The notes beneath the pieces were generated by a model. It saw only the letters and a list, made by a program, of their open reading frames with translations, was not told the origin of the DNA and did not search any database. DNA of 64,000 bases from positions 64,001-128,000 of IMG/VR virus record IMGVR_UViG_3300042922_000982; one strand, 5' to 3'. The first letter of the stretch is position 1, and every line of letters starts with the position of its first letter. Origin of the DNA: a virus. Below are positions 36,666-46,320 of the stretch, one piece after another. Made by a program: the position numbers and the translations under genes.

Positions 36666-38569
36666 AGCAGGGGCGCCTCGGTGTCGCGCGGCACGGTAAC
36701 GACCGCGTCGCGATCGCCGCGCCAATCGCCCACGCTCTTGGCGAGCCCGCCGCCGTGAATCTCGGCGTAGGTCAGCTGGGTCTCCTTCACCCCCTTGAAC
36801 TCCTTGTGCGCCTTCACCTTGGCCGACATGTCGTAGGTGGTGCCCGGCTTGAGGCCGGTCGGCTTGGGGCTGAACCAGGAGGCCAAGTTGCCCTGCTCGT
36901 CGGTGAACTTGTGCAGGTAGCTGGTGCCCCAGGCGTTGGTGATGGGGCGCGGCTCCTCGAGCAGCTTGAACTTGCCGGTCACGGGCGCGCCCGGCACGCC
37001 GATGTGGCCCGAGCGCTTCGGCGCGTTGACCATGCCGTTGGCGCGGGCGTCTTTCGCCGCCGTATTGGCCGCCTTGATGGCCGTGCGCTCCGCCTGCTCG
37101 GGGTCGACGGGCGCGGGCCTCGGCGCCGCCGCCTTGAGGGGCCGCCCGGTGCCGACCAGCTTGTGCGCGAGCGCCACGTCGCGCGGCGACGGGTTCTGCT
37201 TGACCAGGTGGAAGCCGTCGTAGTCGAAGCCCGCGTCCATGAGGATGCGCCGCAGCCCCCTGGAGGTCTGCGGGAAGGTCAGATTGACGCCCAGGCCCCG
37301 CTTATTGGGGCCCTCGCCGTGCCGGACGGCGCCGTTGTAGCCGTCGTAGGTGCCGGGCGTGCCCATGTCGGGGCTGACGCCGTGATCGAGCCCGGTCACG
37401 CTGTAACCCGCGTGATCGACCTGCGAATTGCCGATGATCACATGGCCGAACGGGCCCAGCACGACATGGTGGCCCTGCGTGCCGGGGCCGAGGTAGACGT
37501 GGTGGTCGTCGCCGAGCTTGACCACGTCGCCGGGGCTCAGGGGCGCCTGGGCGCCGTCCTTGCCCGCCTTGTCGTTGGCGATCGCCCCGGTGTGGGTGAT
37601 GCCGCGCTGCCTCAACTCGTAGTCGACGTCCGGCGGCAGGGCCGGGCCTGCGGGTGGCTTGCTCATCTTCTTCGGTTCCCCGGGCGTTTTGTCCACCTTC
37701 ACGGCCAGCCTTGGCTCGCGTTCGGTGGGCTTGGCGGTCGCCCGCTTCACTTTACCCTCCGCCGGGGCCTTCGCGCCAGATGCCTCGGGCTTGAGCGTGT
37801 GCGCCTTCGGCTTGACGAGCTTGGGCGCCTTGCCGGGCGCGGCGTCCTTCTTGACGGCCGCCTTCGGCGGCGCCTTGTCCGCCTTGACGGTCGCCTTCGG
37901 CTCGGGGGCGGGCTTGGGCGCCTGCTTCTTCACCGTGGCGATCGCCGCCTTGGTGGTCTTGGGCTTGGCGGCGGCCTTGGTCGCCTTGGGGGCCGCGCCC
38001 GCCTTCGCGTCCGGCTTGACCTTCTTGGCGGGGGCCTGCTTCGCCACGGCGGCCTTCGGCTTGGCGGCCGGTTTCACCGGGGTCGCCTTGACGGCGGGCT
38101 TCGGGGCCCTGACGGCGGGCTTGGGGCGGTTGACGCGCAGGTGATCGTGCGCCGCTTTCACCCAGGCCGCCGTGGCCGTGTCGACCGGGTGGGTCGTGTC
38201 GTTGGTGAAGGTGTACTTGTCGCGGGCCGTGGCGATCGCCGCCTTGATGTCGGGGATGGCCATGCCCTGGAAGTGCGCCCGGTGCTCCAGATAGACCTTG
38301 TCCGCGAGCGCCTTGAGCCGGGGGTCGGTCAGCCGATCAATGAAATCGCTGGCCTCCTTGGCCGTGATCGGCGCCGAGGCCGGGGCCGTCGCCGCGCGCG
38401 CCTCGATAGCCATCTGGCTCGCCATGGCGGCCACCAGCGCCCGCTTGTTGACGTTGGCGGTGTGTGCGCGCACCTGCGCCACCTTGCCGCCCTTGGTGCG
38501 GCGCTGGTGCGCCCGCACGTTGACCAGGGCCTTGTTCAGCCCGTCGATCGCCTGATCCACCTGTCCCAT
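36659..38569 (-). CDS. putative internal head protein: N-terminal tag, K/A/P-rich region, C-terminal OB-fold-like domain
   Basis: AGGAGG RBS; SGHIG..FTDEQGN..W..VKAHKEFKGVKETQLT. Confidence 0.8.
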   Translation of the reverse strand: MGQVDQAIDGLNKALVNVRAHQRRTKGGKVAQVRAHTANVNKRALVAAMASQMAIEARAATAPASAPITAKEASDFIDRLTDPRLKALADKVYLEHRAHFQGMAIPDIKAAIATARDKYTFTNDTTHPVDTATAAWVKAAHDHLRVNRPKPAVRAPKPAVKATPVKPAAKPKAAVAKQAPAKKVKPDAKAGAAPKATKAAAKPKTTKAAIATVKKQAPKPAPEPKATVKADKAPPKAAVKKDAAPGKAPKLVKPKAHTLKPEASGAKAPAEGKVKRATAKPTEREPRLAVKVDKTPGEPKKMSKPPAGPALPPDVDYELRQRGITHTGAIANDKAGKDGAQAPLSPGDVVKLGDDHHVYLGPGTQGHHVVLGPFGHVIIGNSQVDHAGYSVTGLDHGVSPDMGTPGTYDGYNGAVRHGEGPNKRGLGVNLTFPQTSRGLRRILMDAGFDYDGFHLVKQNPSPRDVALAHKLVGTGRPLKAAAPRPAPVDPEQAERTAIKAANTAAKDARANGMVNAPKRSGHIGVPGAPVTGKFKLLEEPRPITNAWGTSYLHKFTDEQGNLASWFSPKPTGLKPGTTYDMSAKVKAHKEFKGVKETQLTYAEIHGGGLAKSVGDWRGDRDAVVTVPRDTEAPLLW

Positions 38570-38597
38570 GGTGCCCTCCTGCCCCTATGCCCGAGCC

Positions 38598-40223
38598 CTA
38601 CTGCTCGTGGCCCTCCTGCGCGCGCTCGTGAAGGATGCTCGTGTACACGTCCGCCGCCGTACCCAGCGCGTGCAGCGGGTTGAGGCCGTGGCCCTTCTTG
38701 CCGTGCCCCTTGCCCTGTTTCTTGCCGTCGGCGTCGTGCGGCCCCTCGGGCAACTCGGGCGCCGTGCCGGGGAGGTCGTCCGCGTGATCGTGCGGATCCG
38801 AATCGTCGGCCACCGGGGGCTCGGCGCTCGCGCCGTCGGCCGCCGGGGCCTCGGCGGGTTCCGGGGCGCCCTCCTGGCCATCCTGGGCGCCCTCCGTGGG
38901 GGTGTCCGGGGCGGGGGTTGTGCCCTTCTTCTTGCCGCCCTGCTGCTCGCCGGTGTTGGCGTCCGTGACCGGCCATTCGCGCGTGGGGCGATCGCCGTCG
39001 CCCTCCGCGTCGGGCGCGGGGGCGCTGGGCGGCTCGGGCTCGGCCACCCCCGGCATGGGGGCCATGCGAGGCGCGTGCGGCGCCGCCGGAATGACCTCGT
39101 CGGCCGGAACCTGGGCCTGATCGGCCTCCGCCGTGGCGCGCTCCTCGTAATTGCCGACCCGCTCGGTGTGGGCGTCCTCGAGGGCCGCGTGCTGCTCGGT
39201 GGCGGTGGTGCCCGCAGGCGCCTTGGGGGGCGCCTTGCCCTCGGCCTTCGCCTTTTGGGCGGCCTTGTCGTGCTCGGCTTGCGCCTGCGTGGCCTCCTTG
39301 TCGGCGGCGGCGGCCAGGTCGGCCTTGGCCTTGACCTCGGCCTCGGTGGGCAGGGTGTTCACGGCCTGGCGAATGTCGGCCCAGGCGGTGTCCCACGCCG
39401 GGCCCTCGTGGCCGTTCGATTCGGTGTGGGCGTTGAAGTGGTGACCGAGGGCGATCGCCTCCTCTTTGGTGCTGGCCTGCATGGCCGCCACCTCGAAGTG
39501 GCCGGGGGTCTTGAGCTTGTCCGCCCCGCCGCGCACGAATCCGGGCACCGACGTGGGCGTCTTGGCCTCGCCGCTGCGCAGGCCGTCCGGGCTGGCCTGG
39601 CGCGCCTTGACCTTCACGCTGGAGCGCACGTCCGACGAGTCCCAGCCGCTCGCGGCCTGGCGGACCGCCTCGTACTGGCCGAGGACGTGGCCGTGCTCCG
39701 GGCTGCCCGGCGGCAGGGCGCGCAGGTGCGCGAGCATCTGGCTGCCCGCCTCGTGGAGGTGGTGCGGCGCGTCCGTGCCCATGGCCTGCTTGGAGGCCGC
39801 CTTCGGCTTGCCCTTGCCCTCGGCGCGCTTGGCGTTGGATGTTTTACCGGCGGCCGGGCCGGGGGCGGGGGCGTCGTGCGCCACCCGCTTGGCGCCGAGC
39901 TTGCTCAGGCGATCGGCGTGCGCGGCGCTGCCCGCGACGTGGAATTGGCCCCGGTGCGCGAAGATGGCCGCGCCGGGGGTCTTATTGGCGTGGGCTACCG
40001 CCTTTTTCTTGGAGGCGAAGGTGGTCACCTCGCCGCCCGCGCGCATCTTGGCGATCGCATCCACCATGGCCGTCTTGTTGACGGTCATCTGGTGCTGCTT
40101 GACCTGGATGACGTGCCCGTCTTTCGCGTGGGACTCGTGCGCCCGAACGTCGGTCATGCCCTTGACCATGTCCTCCAGCGCGGCGAGCGCCGTGTTCAGC
40201 TTGCCCCCGTTCGACGTGCCCAT
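38598..40223 (-). CDS. putative internal head protein with N-terminal tag and acidic/Pro-rich tail
   Basis: VRAHESHAKDGHVIQVKQH tag; domain paralogous to the MuF C-terminus. Confidence 0.8.
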   Translation of the reverse strand: MGTSNGGKLNTALAALEDMVKGMTDVRAHESHAKDGHVIQVKQHQMTVNKTAMVDAIAKMRAGGEVTTFASKKKAVAHANKTPGAAIFAHRGQFHVAGSAAHADRLSKLGAKRVAHDAPAPGPAAGKTSNAKRAEGKGKPKAASKQAMGTDAPHHLHEAGSQMLAHLRALPPGSPEHGHVLGQYEAVRQAASGWDSSDVRSSVKVKARQASPDGLRSGEAKTPTSVPGFVRGGADKLKTPGHFEVAAMQASTKEEAIALGHHFNAHTESNGHEGPAWDTAWADIRQAVNTLPTEAEVKAKADLAAAADKEATQAQAEHDKAAQKAKAEGKAPPKAPAGTTATEQHAALEDAHTERVGNYEERATAEADQAQVPADEVIPAAPHAPRMAPMPGVAEPEPPSAPAPDAEGDGDRPTREWPVTDANTGEQQGGKKKGTTPAPDTPTEGAQDGQEGAPEPAEAPAADGASAEPPVADDSDPHDHADDLPGTAPELPEGPHDADGKKQGKGHGKKGHGLNPLHALGTAADVYTSILHERAQEGHEQ

Positions 40224-40224
40224 G

Positions 40225-42069
40225 CTACTTGCCCCCCTTCGCGGCCCGGATGGCCGCCTTCAACTCGCTCCACACCCGGTCCCACTCGGGCCCCGTCACC
40301 CTGGCATGCGCCTTGTAGGACTCCATGTAGTGCGCCAAATCGACAAGCTCGTCGCGATCGCCCGCCATGTGGATGGCCAGCTCGAATTGGCGCGGGCTCT
40401 TCAGGTGCGCCGCGCCCCCCGTGACGAACGCGGGGGCATCCCCGAGCGGATCCGGCTTGGGCGGGGTGCGCCGGGCATGCCAATCGCTCACCGCGCCGCG
40501 CAGGGCCTCGTACTGCTTATGGACGTGCGCGTGGGCCTCGGAGCCGGGCCTTAGCGTGCGCAGGTGAGTGAGCGTCTGCATGGCGGCGGCGTGCAGGTGA
40601 TCGGGGTGCTTGAGCCCCACCGCCTGCGGCATGGTCATGCGCGGGGCGTGCGCGGTGCCCTCCTCGAGATCCGCCTCGGCGGGCTTGCCCTTCTTGGCCG
40701 GTTTCGGCTTGGGTTTCGGCTTGGCGATCGCCTTCTCCATGGCCCACAGGGCGCCCTTGGCGATCGCGTCCATGCTCGGCGGCGCGGGCTCGGGCGCGAT
40801 GGTCGCGACCAGGGCGGTGAGCGCCCCTAGCTCGTAGGTGTAGGGATTGGCGCCCGGCACGCGGCGCGCGGCCAGGCTCTTGACGATCTTGCCCACGGGT
40901 TTGGCCCTCCAGTTGTCGGGTTCTTTGGCCGCCACCGGGCTGGTGTGCGGGTAGCAGCGGCAGCGGGGATGCAGGGGTAGCAAATTGAGGATCTGGAGCA
41001 GGGAGTACTTGCGCCCCTCGTGCGGCGCGCAGTGCTTGCAGACCTTGTCGTCGCCCATGGTGCGCAAGTAGACGTATTTATAGCCGTGCGCGCGCAGCAC
41101 GTCGGCCACGCCGTGCGCGTAGCCCGCCGCCACCATGCACTCGGCGATCAGCTTGCTGCGGTGCATGCTATAGAGCTTGGAGAGCAGCGTGTCGACGTCG
41201 GCGGCCTCCCCGCGCGCGGCGATCATGGCCAGTTGGGTCTCGGTGGTGGCGCGGATGCGCCGCACGTTGCGCCGGGCGATCGCCTCCAGGCGCTTCTTGG
41301 TGGCGCCCCTGAACCCGCGCGTGCGATCGGGCGGCAGCTTGCCCCCTTTCGCGTCGTTGAGGATGGCGCGCGCGGCCTCGGCGCGGCCGAGCTTGGCGGC
41401 GCGCTCCAGGGCGTGCATGGTGAGGTCCGCGCCCTCCGCGTCGGAGCCCTTGTAGCGCGGCCGGGCCAAGTCCGAGAGCACCGGCCGGGCCTTGGGGTGC
41501 CCCTTGGGGTAGGGGGTGCCGATGGCCTTGGACAGCGTGAGGCCCTTCTCGCTCGCGATCGCCCGGACGTGCGCTTCGAGCCACGGCGCGAAGGCGTCTG
41601 CGAGCACCCGCTCGACGCGCAGGCGCTCGTCGGTGAGGTCCAGCTCCTGCATGAGCCCGCGCGCCTTCTGCCCGACGAGCGCGCGGATGATCTCGCGGGT
41701 GGGCGGCATCAGCTTGGCCGGTAGCTGATCGGGGTAGACCCAGCGGGCCTCGTCGCTCTCGCGCTCGGCGATGCGGAGGGCGCCCTCGGGGTGGCGCATC
41801 AGGAACGCCTTACCCACGCCGCCGGGGAAGGTGTAGTCCTGCGAGATGCCGGTATACGTGGCCGTGAGCCCGGTTTCCTCGAGTAGCTCGCGGTGCGCGC
41901 CCGCCAAAAACGACTCGCCGGGCTCCTTGCCGCCGCCGGGCAGGTTCCAGTGATCGCCGAACAACTCCTCGGTGGCGGGGCGGTGAAGCAGCAGCACGCG
42001 GCCCTGCGGGTCGACGACAACCGCGCGGGTGCCGGGCTTGAATTTCCAGGCGTCAGAAGCTTCGGGCAT
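40225..42069 (-). CDS. Nudix hydrolase - MuF (SPP1 gp7-like) head morphogenesis fusion
   Basis: Nudix box PGGGKEPGESFLAGAHRELLEETGL; MuF DDKVCKHC..G..PLHPRCRC; TACAAT -10 near 42105. Confidence 0.9.
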   Translation of the reverse strand: MPEASDAWKFKPGTRAVVVDPQGRVLLLHRPATEELFGDHWNLPGGGKEPGESFLAGAHRELLEETGLTATYTGISQDYTFPGGVGKAFLMRHPEGALRIAERESDEARWVYPDQLPAKLMPPTREIIRALVGQKARGLMQELDLTDERLRVERVLADAFAPWLEAHVRAIASEKGLTLSKAIGTPYPKGHPKARPVLSDLARPRYKGSDAEGADLTMHALERAAKLGRAEAARAILNDAKGGKLPPDRTRGFRGATKKRLEAIARRNVRRIRATTETQLAMIAARGEAADVDTLLSKLYSMHRSKLIAECMVAAGYAHGVADVLRAHGYKYVYLRTMGDDKVCKHCAPHEGRKYSLLQILNLLPLHPRCRCYPHTSPVAAKEPDNWRAKPVGKIVKSLAARRVPGANPYTYELGALTALVATIAPEPAPPSMDAIAKGALWAMEKAIAKPKPKPKPAKKGKPAEADLEEGTAHAPRMTMPQAVGLKHPDHLHAAAMQTLTHLRTLRPGSEAHAHVHKQYEALRGAVSDWHARRTPPKPDPLGDAPAFVTGGAAHLKSPRQFELAIHMAGDRDELVDLAHYMESYKAHARVTGPEWDRVWSELKAAIRAAKGGK

Positions 42070-42191
42070 GGGCATCCTCGGGGAAACGGGCGATCGGACC
42101 TCCATTGTAGCGGCAGATGCGTCCGAAAGGGCCGAAACCGCCAGGCCGCTTGTGGGCCTGGCGGTTTCGGGATAACGGGCGATCGCCGCAC

Positions 42192-42626
42192 TTACGCCTG
42201 GGCGGGCGATTCCGGGGCGGGGTCGCCCGCGATAGCGAGCAGGAGCTTGCGGTAGCCGTCGTCCTGGGCGATCGCCAGGTTGTCGCGCTCGCCGCTGCCG
42301 GGCTGCGCCAGCACATGGGACGTGGCGATGGCGAACCCGAGCAGGACGTGCATCCGCTGGGGGAGCGTCTCCGGATTCGGCGGCATCGCGATCGCCTCGT
42401 ACTCGGCGGCCAACGCGGCCAGGGCCGGTTTGTCGAGCGCGAGGGTCATCTGCAAGGGCAGGAGCGCCGCCTTGCACTCGGCGACCACCTCCGCTCGGTG
42501 CGACGCCGGGAAGCGGTCCAGGGCGGTGAATAGCGAGCGGTAGCCCGCGCGCAGAGCGTCGAGGGCCGTAGCCATGGCCGCAGCGGCGGCGATCGTGGCC
42601 GGATCGTTGGCGTCAAGCGTCTCCAT
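42192..42626 (-). CDS. hypothetical protein
   Basis: TAATG overlap with upstream gene. Confidence 0.7.
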   Translation of the reverse strand: METLDANDPATIAAAAAMATALDALRAGYRSLFTALDRFPASHRAEVVAECKAALLPLQMTLALDKPALAALAAEYEAIAMPPNPETLPQRMHVLLGFAIATSHVLAQPGSGERDNLAIAQDDGYRKLLLAIAGDPAPESPAQA

Positions 42627-43624
42627 TACAGCTTACCCGCCTTGTCGGCCTTGGCGACCCGCTTGGCCTTGGTGCCGGGAACCCTGGAGAACAGGTCGTC
42701 GGCCACCGAGGCTGGCAGATCGGTGCTTTTGGGAATGGGCGCCACCTTCTTCTCGGGCGCGGCGGCCTCGGCCTCGCGCAATCGGGCAATCAGGGTCGCC
42801 TTCTCGTCGGCGGTGAGGGTGTGCCCGTCGATCGTCACATCCTTGGCGCCCTCGTACAGCGCCGCCATGCCGACCAGCCCGGTCAGGTCGTAGGTGGCGG
42901 CATCGAACGGCCCGTCGTCATCCTGCTCGTCGTCCTGCTCGGCGGCGGCGATCGCCGCGCCCAAAGGCGTCTCCGAGAAGGGCTTGGCGCCCTGGGCCTT
43001 GTCGGCTTCTTTTTGTTTGACCCAATCGGGGGCCGTGCGAATGGCCACGCGGTAGGCGTCCATGAGCTCGAATTCCTCGATCAGGTACGCGCCCTCCGCC
43101 TGTACCTGCAAGCCGCAACTCATGACGTCGCCGTGGCCGAACTCCATCTTCTCGTCGTCGTAGAGCCCGAAGCCCAAGAGGGCCACGCGATCGCCCTCCT
43201 TGCGCTGCGGGCGGCCGGTGCCGATGCTGGCCGACTCGAGGATGATGCTGACCTTCTCCTCGTCGAGGCGGATGTTGCCGGTGCGGCCGTCGGGCAAGAT
43301 GGGCGCCGAGCGCAGGACCAATTCGTAGAGGCCGCGCACCTTGAACGTGCGGTCGAGGAAATCGCCGTGGGCCTTGATGCGGAACTTGAGCTTGATGCCC
43401 TCCTCGTAGCCCGCATGCTTGAACTTGGCGACCGTCACGACGCCGTCGTCGGCGTCCTCGTCCTGGCCGACGTGCACGCAGCGGACGACGCAATTGAAGC
43501 GGTTATTGAACTTGTCGGGGTCGTAGTTGGCGCCGTCGGCGGCCAGCGAGCCGTCGGTGAGGTCGAGCCCCGGCGGCAGGCCGTCGAGGTTGGGGTCGGG
43601 CGCGGCAGATTCGATGATGGCCAT
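42626..43624 (-). CDS. hypothetical protein, two internal similar halves
   Basis: GAAAGGA RBS; TATACT -10 near 43722. Confidence 0.8.
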   Translation of the reverse strand: MAIIESAAPDPNLDGLPPGLDLTDGSLAADGANYDPDKFNNRFNCVVRCVHVGQDEDADDGVVTVAKFKHAGYEEGIKLKFRIKAHGDFLDRTFKVRGLYELVLRSAPILPDGRTGNIRLDEEKVSIILESASIGTGRPQRKEGDRVALLGFGLYDDEKMEFGHGDVMSCGLQVQAEGAYLIEEFELMDAYRVAIRTAPDWVKQKEADKAQGAKPFSETPLGAAIAAAEQDDEQDDDGPFDAATYDLTGLVGMAALYEGAKDVTIDGHTLTADEKATLIARLREAEAAAPEKKVAPIPKSTDLPASVADDLFSRVPGTKAKRVAKADKAGKL

Positions 43625-43849
43625 GGCGGTGGTGTCCTTTCGGTGGTGGCGGAGGCGATCGCCCCCGGCTATGGGGGTGTAAACGGGTAAACCCGGCGCC
43701 GCAGGGTCGGCGCCGGGTCCAGTATACCCCGTCGGGGCGGTTGCTTGCTACCGGGGCGGGTAGTACAGGATCACCGGCCGGATGATCCCGACGCGCGGCG
43801 GCTCGGGAGCGATCGCCGGAAGGGGCATGGGCTTGTGGGCGATCGCCAT

Positions 43850-44074
43850 CTACGCCTCCGGCTCGGCGTCGGGGGCGTCGAGATCCTCGATCGTCACGCG
43901 GTAGCGGTGCCCGAAGGTGTAGGTGGCGGCGGTGGCCTGGGCGTCGACCAGGGTGACGGCCTGGTGCGCGCTCACGAGGCCGACCCGGAAGGCGTCCGCG
44001 CCGAGCGGGCCCTCGCCGGGGTGGCGCTCCAGGCGATCGCAGGTGCCGGTGTACTGGGTGATGATGCGGGGCAT
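43850..44074 (-). CDS. hypothetical protein
   Basis: GAAAGGA RBS. Confidence 0.65.
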   Translation of the reverse strand: MPRIITQYTGTCDRLERHPGEGPLGADAFRVGLVSAHQAVTLVDAQATAATYTFGHRYRVTIEDLDAPDAEPEA

Positions 44075-44360
44075 GGGTGTCCTTTCGGTGGTGGGGTCAG
44101 CGGCGGCCCCGTGGGGCCTGGTGCGAGCGGTTGGGGATGTGGTCCGGCTTGCGGCGGCGCCGCTTGCGGAAGCCTTTCGGCTTGGGCTTGGGGTTGGGGA
44201 TGTGCATCAAGAGGGGGCTATCGTCGTCCTCGAGGACCTCGAAGACGTGAACGAACACGCCGTCGAGGCGGAAGCCCTCGCGGGTGTTGCGGAAGTTGAG
44301 CGGCACGAAGGCGCCGTCGTCCGGCGATCGCCCATGGCCCTGCACACCCCCCACGACCCG

Positions 44361-44513
44361 CTACGCCTCGGCCGTCTGTTCGGCGGGCTTTTCCTCGTCC
44401 TCATCCGGCTTCACCGCGCCGGGCCACACGCCCTGCAAGTGCGGGGCGATCGCCTTTTCGAGGTCCGGGTCGAGCACGTCGTTCATGCCCTTGCGCAGAT
44501 CGTTGTCGAACAT
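44361..44513 (-). CDS. 50-aa acidic protein after portal (MFDNDLRKGMNDVLDPDLEKAI...), not in ORF track
   Basis: AAGGAG RBS; two LxK[GA] motifs. Confidence 0.65.
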   Translation of the reverse strand: MFDNDLRKGMNDVLDPDLEKAIAPHLQGVWPGAVKPDEDEEKPAEQTAEA

Positions 44514-44559
44514 GGGGTTTCTCCTTGTGCTTGAACGGCTCGCGCCGTTCGTTGGGGGG

Positions 44560-46215
44560 TTACGCGGGCTCCTCGCTGCCGTCGGGGTTCACCTTGGGCA
44601 AGCTGGGGGGCGCTGCGCCCTGCGGGGCGCCTTGATCGCCCTGGGCGGCCTGCTGGCCACCGGGGGCGCCTTGCTGGGCATCCTGGCCGCCGTCCTGGCC
44701 GCCTTGATCGCCATCGTCGCCGTTCATCATGCCCTGCGCTTGCAGGTCGGCCTGCTTGTACATCTGCCACGCCTGGAACAGGGTCGGATCCTTGGGGATG
44801 TCGCCCCAGAATTGCTCCTCGGGGACGGCTTTCAGGTCGAATTCGGCGCGCACCTCGTTGACGGTCTTGATGCCCGCCTGCATGAACTTGGTGGCGGTGT
44901 CGACCTTGGTGCTGACCTGATCGGGGTCGAGGCCGGTCCAGGCGAATTCCAGCTCGCCTGAAGGGTCGAGCCGCGACATGATGTCGTCGTTGATGCCCGA
45001 TTGCAGGCGGTTGAGCAGGGGGATCAGGCCCTTCGATTGGCTGTGAACGAGCGTGGCCTCGTTGTTGCCCTGGTTGCCGAGCCCGCCCGGCTCGCCCGCG
45101 CCCTTGGCGCCGAAGCCGATCTCCTCGCGATCGCACTGGTAGAGCGCGCAGATGATCGTGATCAAGAAATCGAGCCACTCGTGGAACTCCATGTCCTTGT
45201 TGCTGTTCTTGATGCTCGTCCAGTTGACGCCCTTGCCCTCCTTGAAGGCCATGACCGGCACGCGGTGGCTGTTGCCGACGCCGGAGACCATGGCGTTCCA
45301 GTAGCGCGTGAAGTTCTCAAGCTGCTCGGAGGTGTACTGGCCCATCAGGCTCAAGACGCCCTCGGGGATGTTGCCGTGGGTGAAGTAACGGCTGTTGTAG
45401 GTCATGGAATTCAAGAAGCCGGTCACGGTCTCGATCATGCCCTCGACCTCGCTGAAGCCGTAGCCGTTGGCCGTCAGGTCGGTGCGCGGGTTGCGGATCC
45501 AGTAGGCCAGCTCGCGATCGGTGAAATCGGCGTAGGGCTGGCCGTTGACGATCTGCACGAAGGCGATCTCGTCGGATTCGTCGTGGGGGACGCCGCCGTA
45601 CCCGGCGCCGCGCATGCCGACCACCGACGCCATGTTGGCGTTCAAGAATCCGGCGTTGGCGCGGTAGCCGGGCGCGGCGATCTCGATGGTCGCGCCGTCG
45701 ACCGCGAACCAATCGAACAGGGCGCCCTTGGCATCGTCGCGAATTTCGATGGCCATGGCGTCCAGGTTGAGCGTGTCGCGGACGATCGCGCGCAGGAACG
45801 GATCCAGGCTGGGCCGCTTGCCCTTCTCGGGGGGCGCCACGCCGCACTTGAGGATGGTCTCCTCGTAGGCGCGCATCAGCTTCTTGGCCGCCGGGCCCGT
45901 GCGCTGATCGCGGTCCTTCATGCGCACCTCGAAGCCCATGTCGCCTTCGTAGTGCGGGCGGCGGGCGAAGCGGGCCACCTGGTTCTGGCGGGTCAGGATC
46001 ACCGCGCCGATCGGCTGGCAGGCGCGGGCCACCTCGCGCAGGGTGTGCAGGCTGAGGCTGTTGGCCTGGCGCGGGCGCGTGCCCATCACCTGCCACATGA
46101 CGTTGGTGGGGTCGTAGAGGTGCGCGTGCAGGGGGTTGATCGCGCCCGGCTGGGCCTGCGCCTGCGTCTGCGCCGCCTTGCCGCGTGCCAGCTTGTCCTT
46201 GTGCTTCTTCGCCAT
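44560..46215 (-). CDS. portal protein (SPO1/phage K-like)
   Basis: IRNPRTD..NGYGxSExE..NxRYFxHG..GxL, KDMEFxxWLxFLI..ICALY..D..EI, SKGLxPLL motifs. Confidence 0.92.
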   Translation of the reverse strand: MAKKHKDKLARGKAAQTQAQAQPGAINPLHAHLYDPTNVMWQVMGTRPRQANSLSLHTLREVARACQPIGAVILTRQNQVARFARRPHYEGDMGFEVRMKDRDQRTGPAAKKLMRAYEETILKCGVAPPEKGKRPSLDPFLRAIVRDTLNLDAMAIEIRDDAKGALFDWFAVDGATIEIAAPGYRANAGFLNANMASVVGMRGAGYGGVPHDESDEIAFVQIVNGQPYADFTDRELAYWIRNPRTDLTANGYGFSEVEGMIETVTGFLNSMTYNSRYFTHGNIPEGVLSLMGQYTSEQLENFTRYWNAMVSGVGNSHRVPVMAFKEGKGVNWTSIKNSNKDMEFHEWLDFLITIICALYQCDREEIGFGAKGAGEPGGLGNQGNNEATLVHSQSKGLIPLLNRLQSGINDDIMSRLDPSGELEFAWTGLDPDQVSTKVDTATKFMQAGIKTVNEVRAEFDLKAVPEEQFWGDIPKDPTLFQAWQMYKQADLQAQGMMNGDDGDQGGQDGGQDAQQGAPGGQQAAQGDQGAPQGAAPPSLPKVNPDGSEEPA

Positions 46216-46320
46216 GGGGCCTCCGGTGATCAAAACGGCTGGGGGTGGGAATGCCAAGCAAGCACCCCACCCCCAGCTTACCTCTACCCGCTGGCACCCA
46301 GCGGGCGTTTCGCCACCGAC

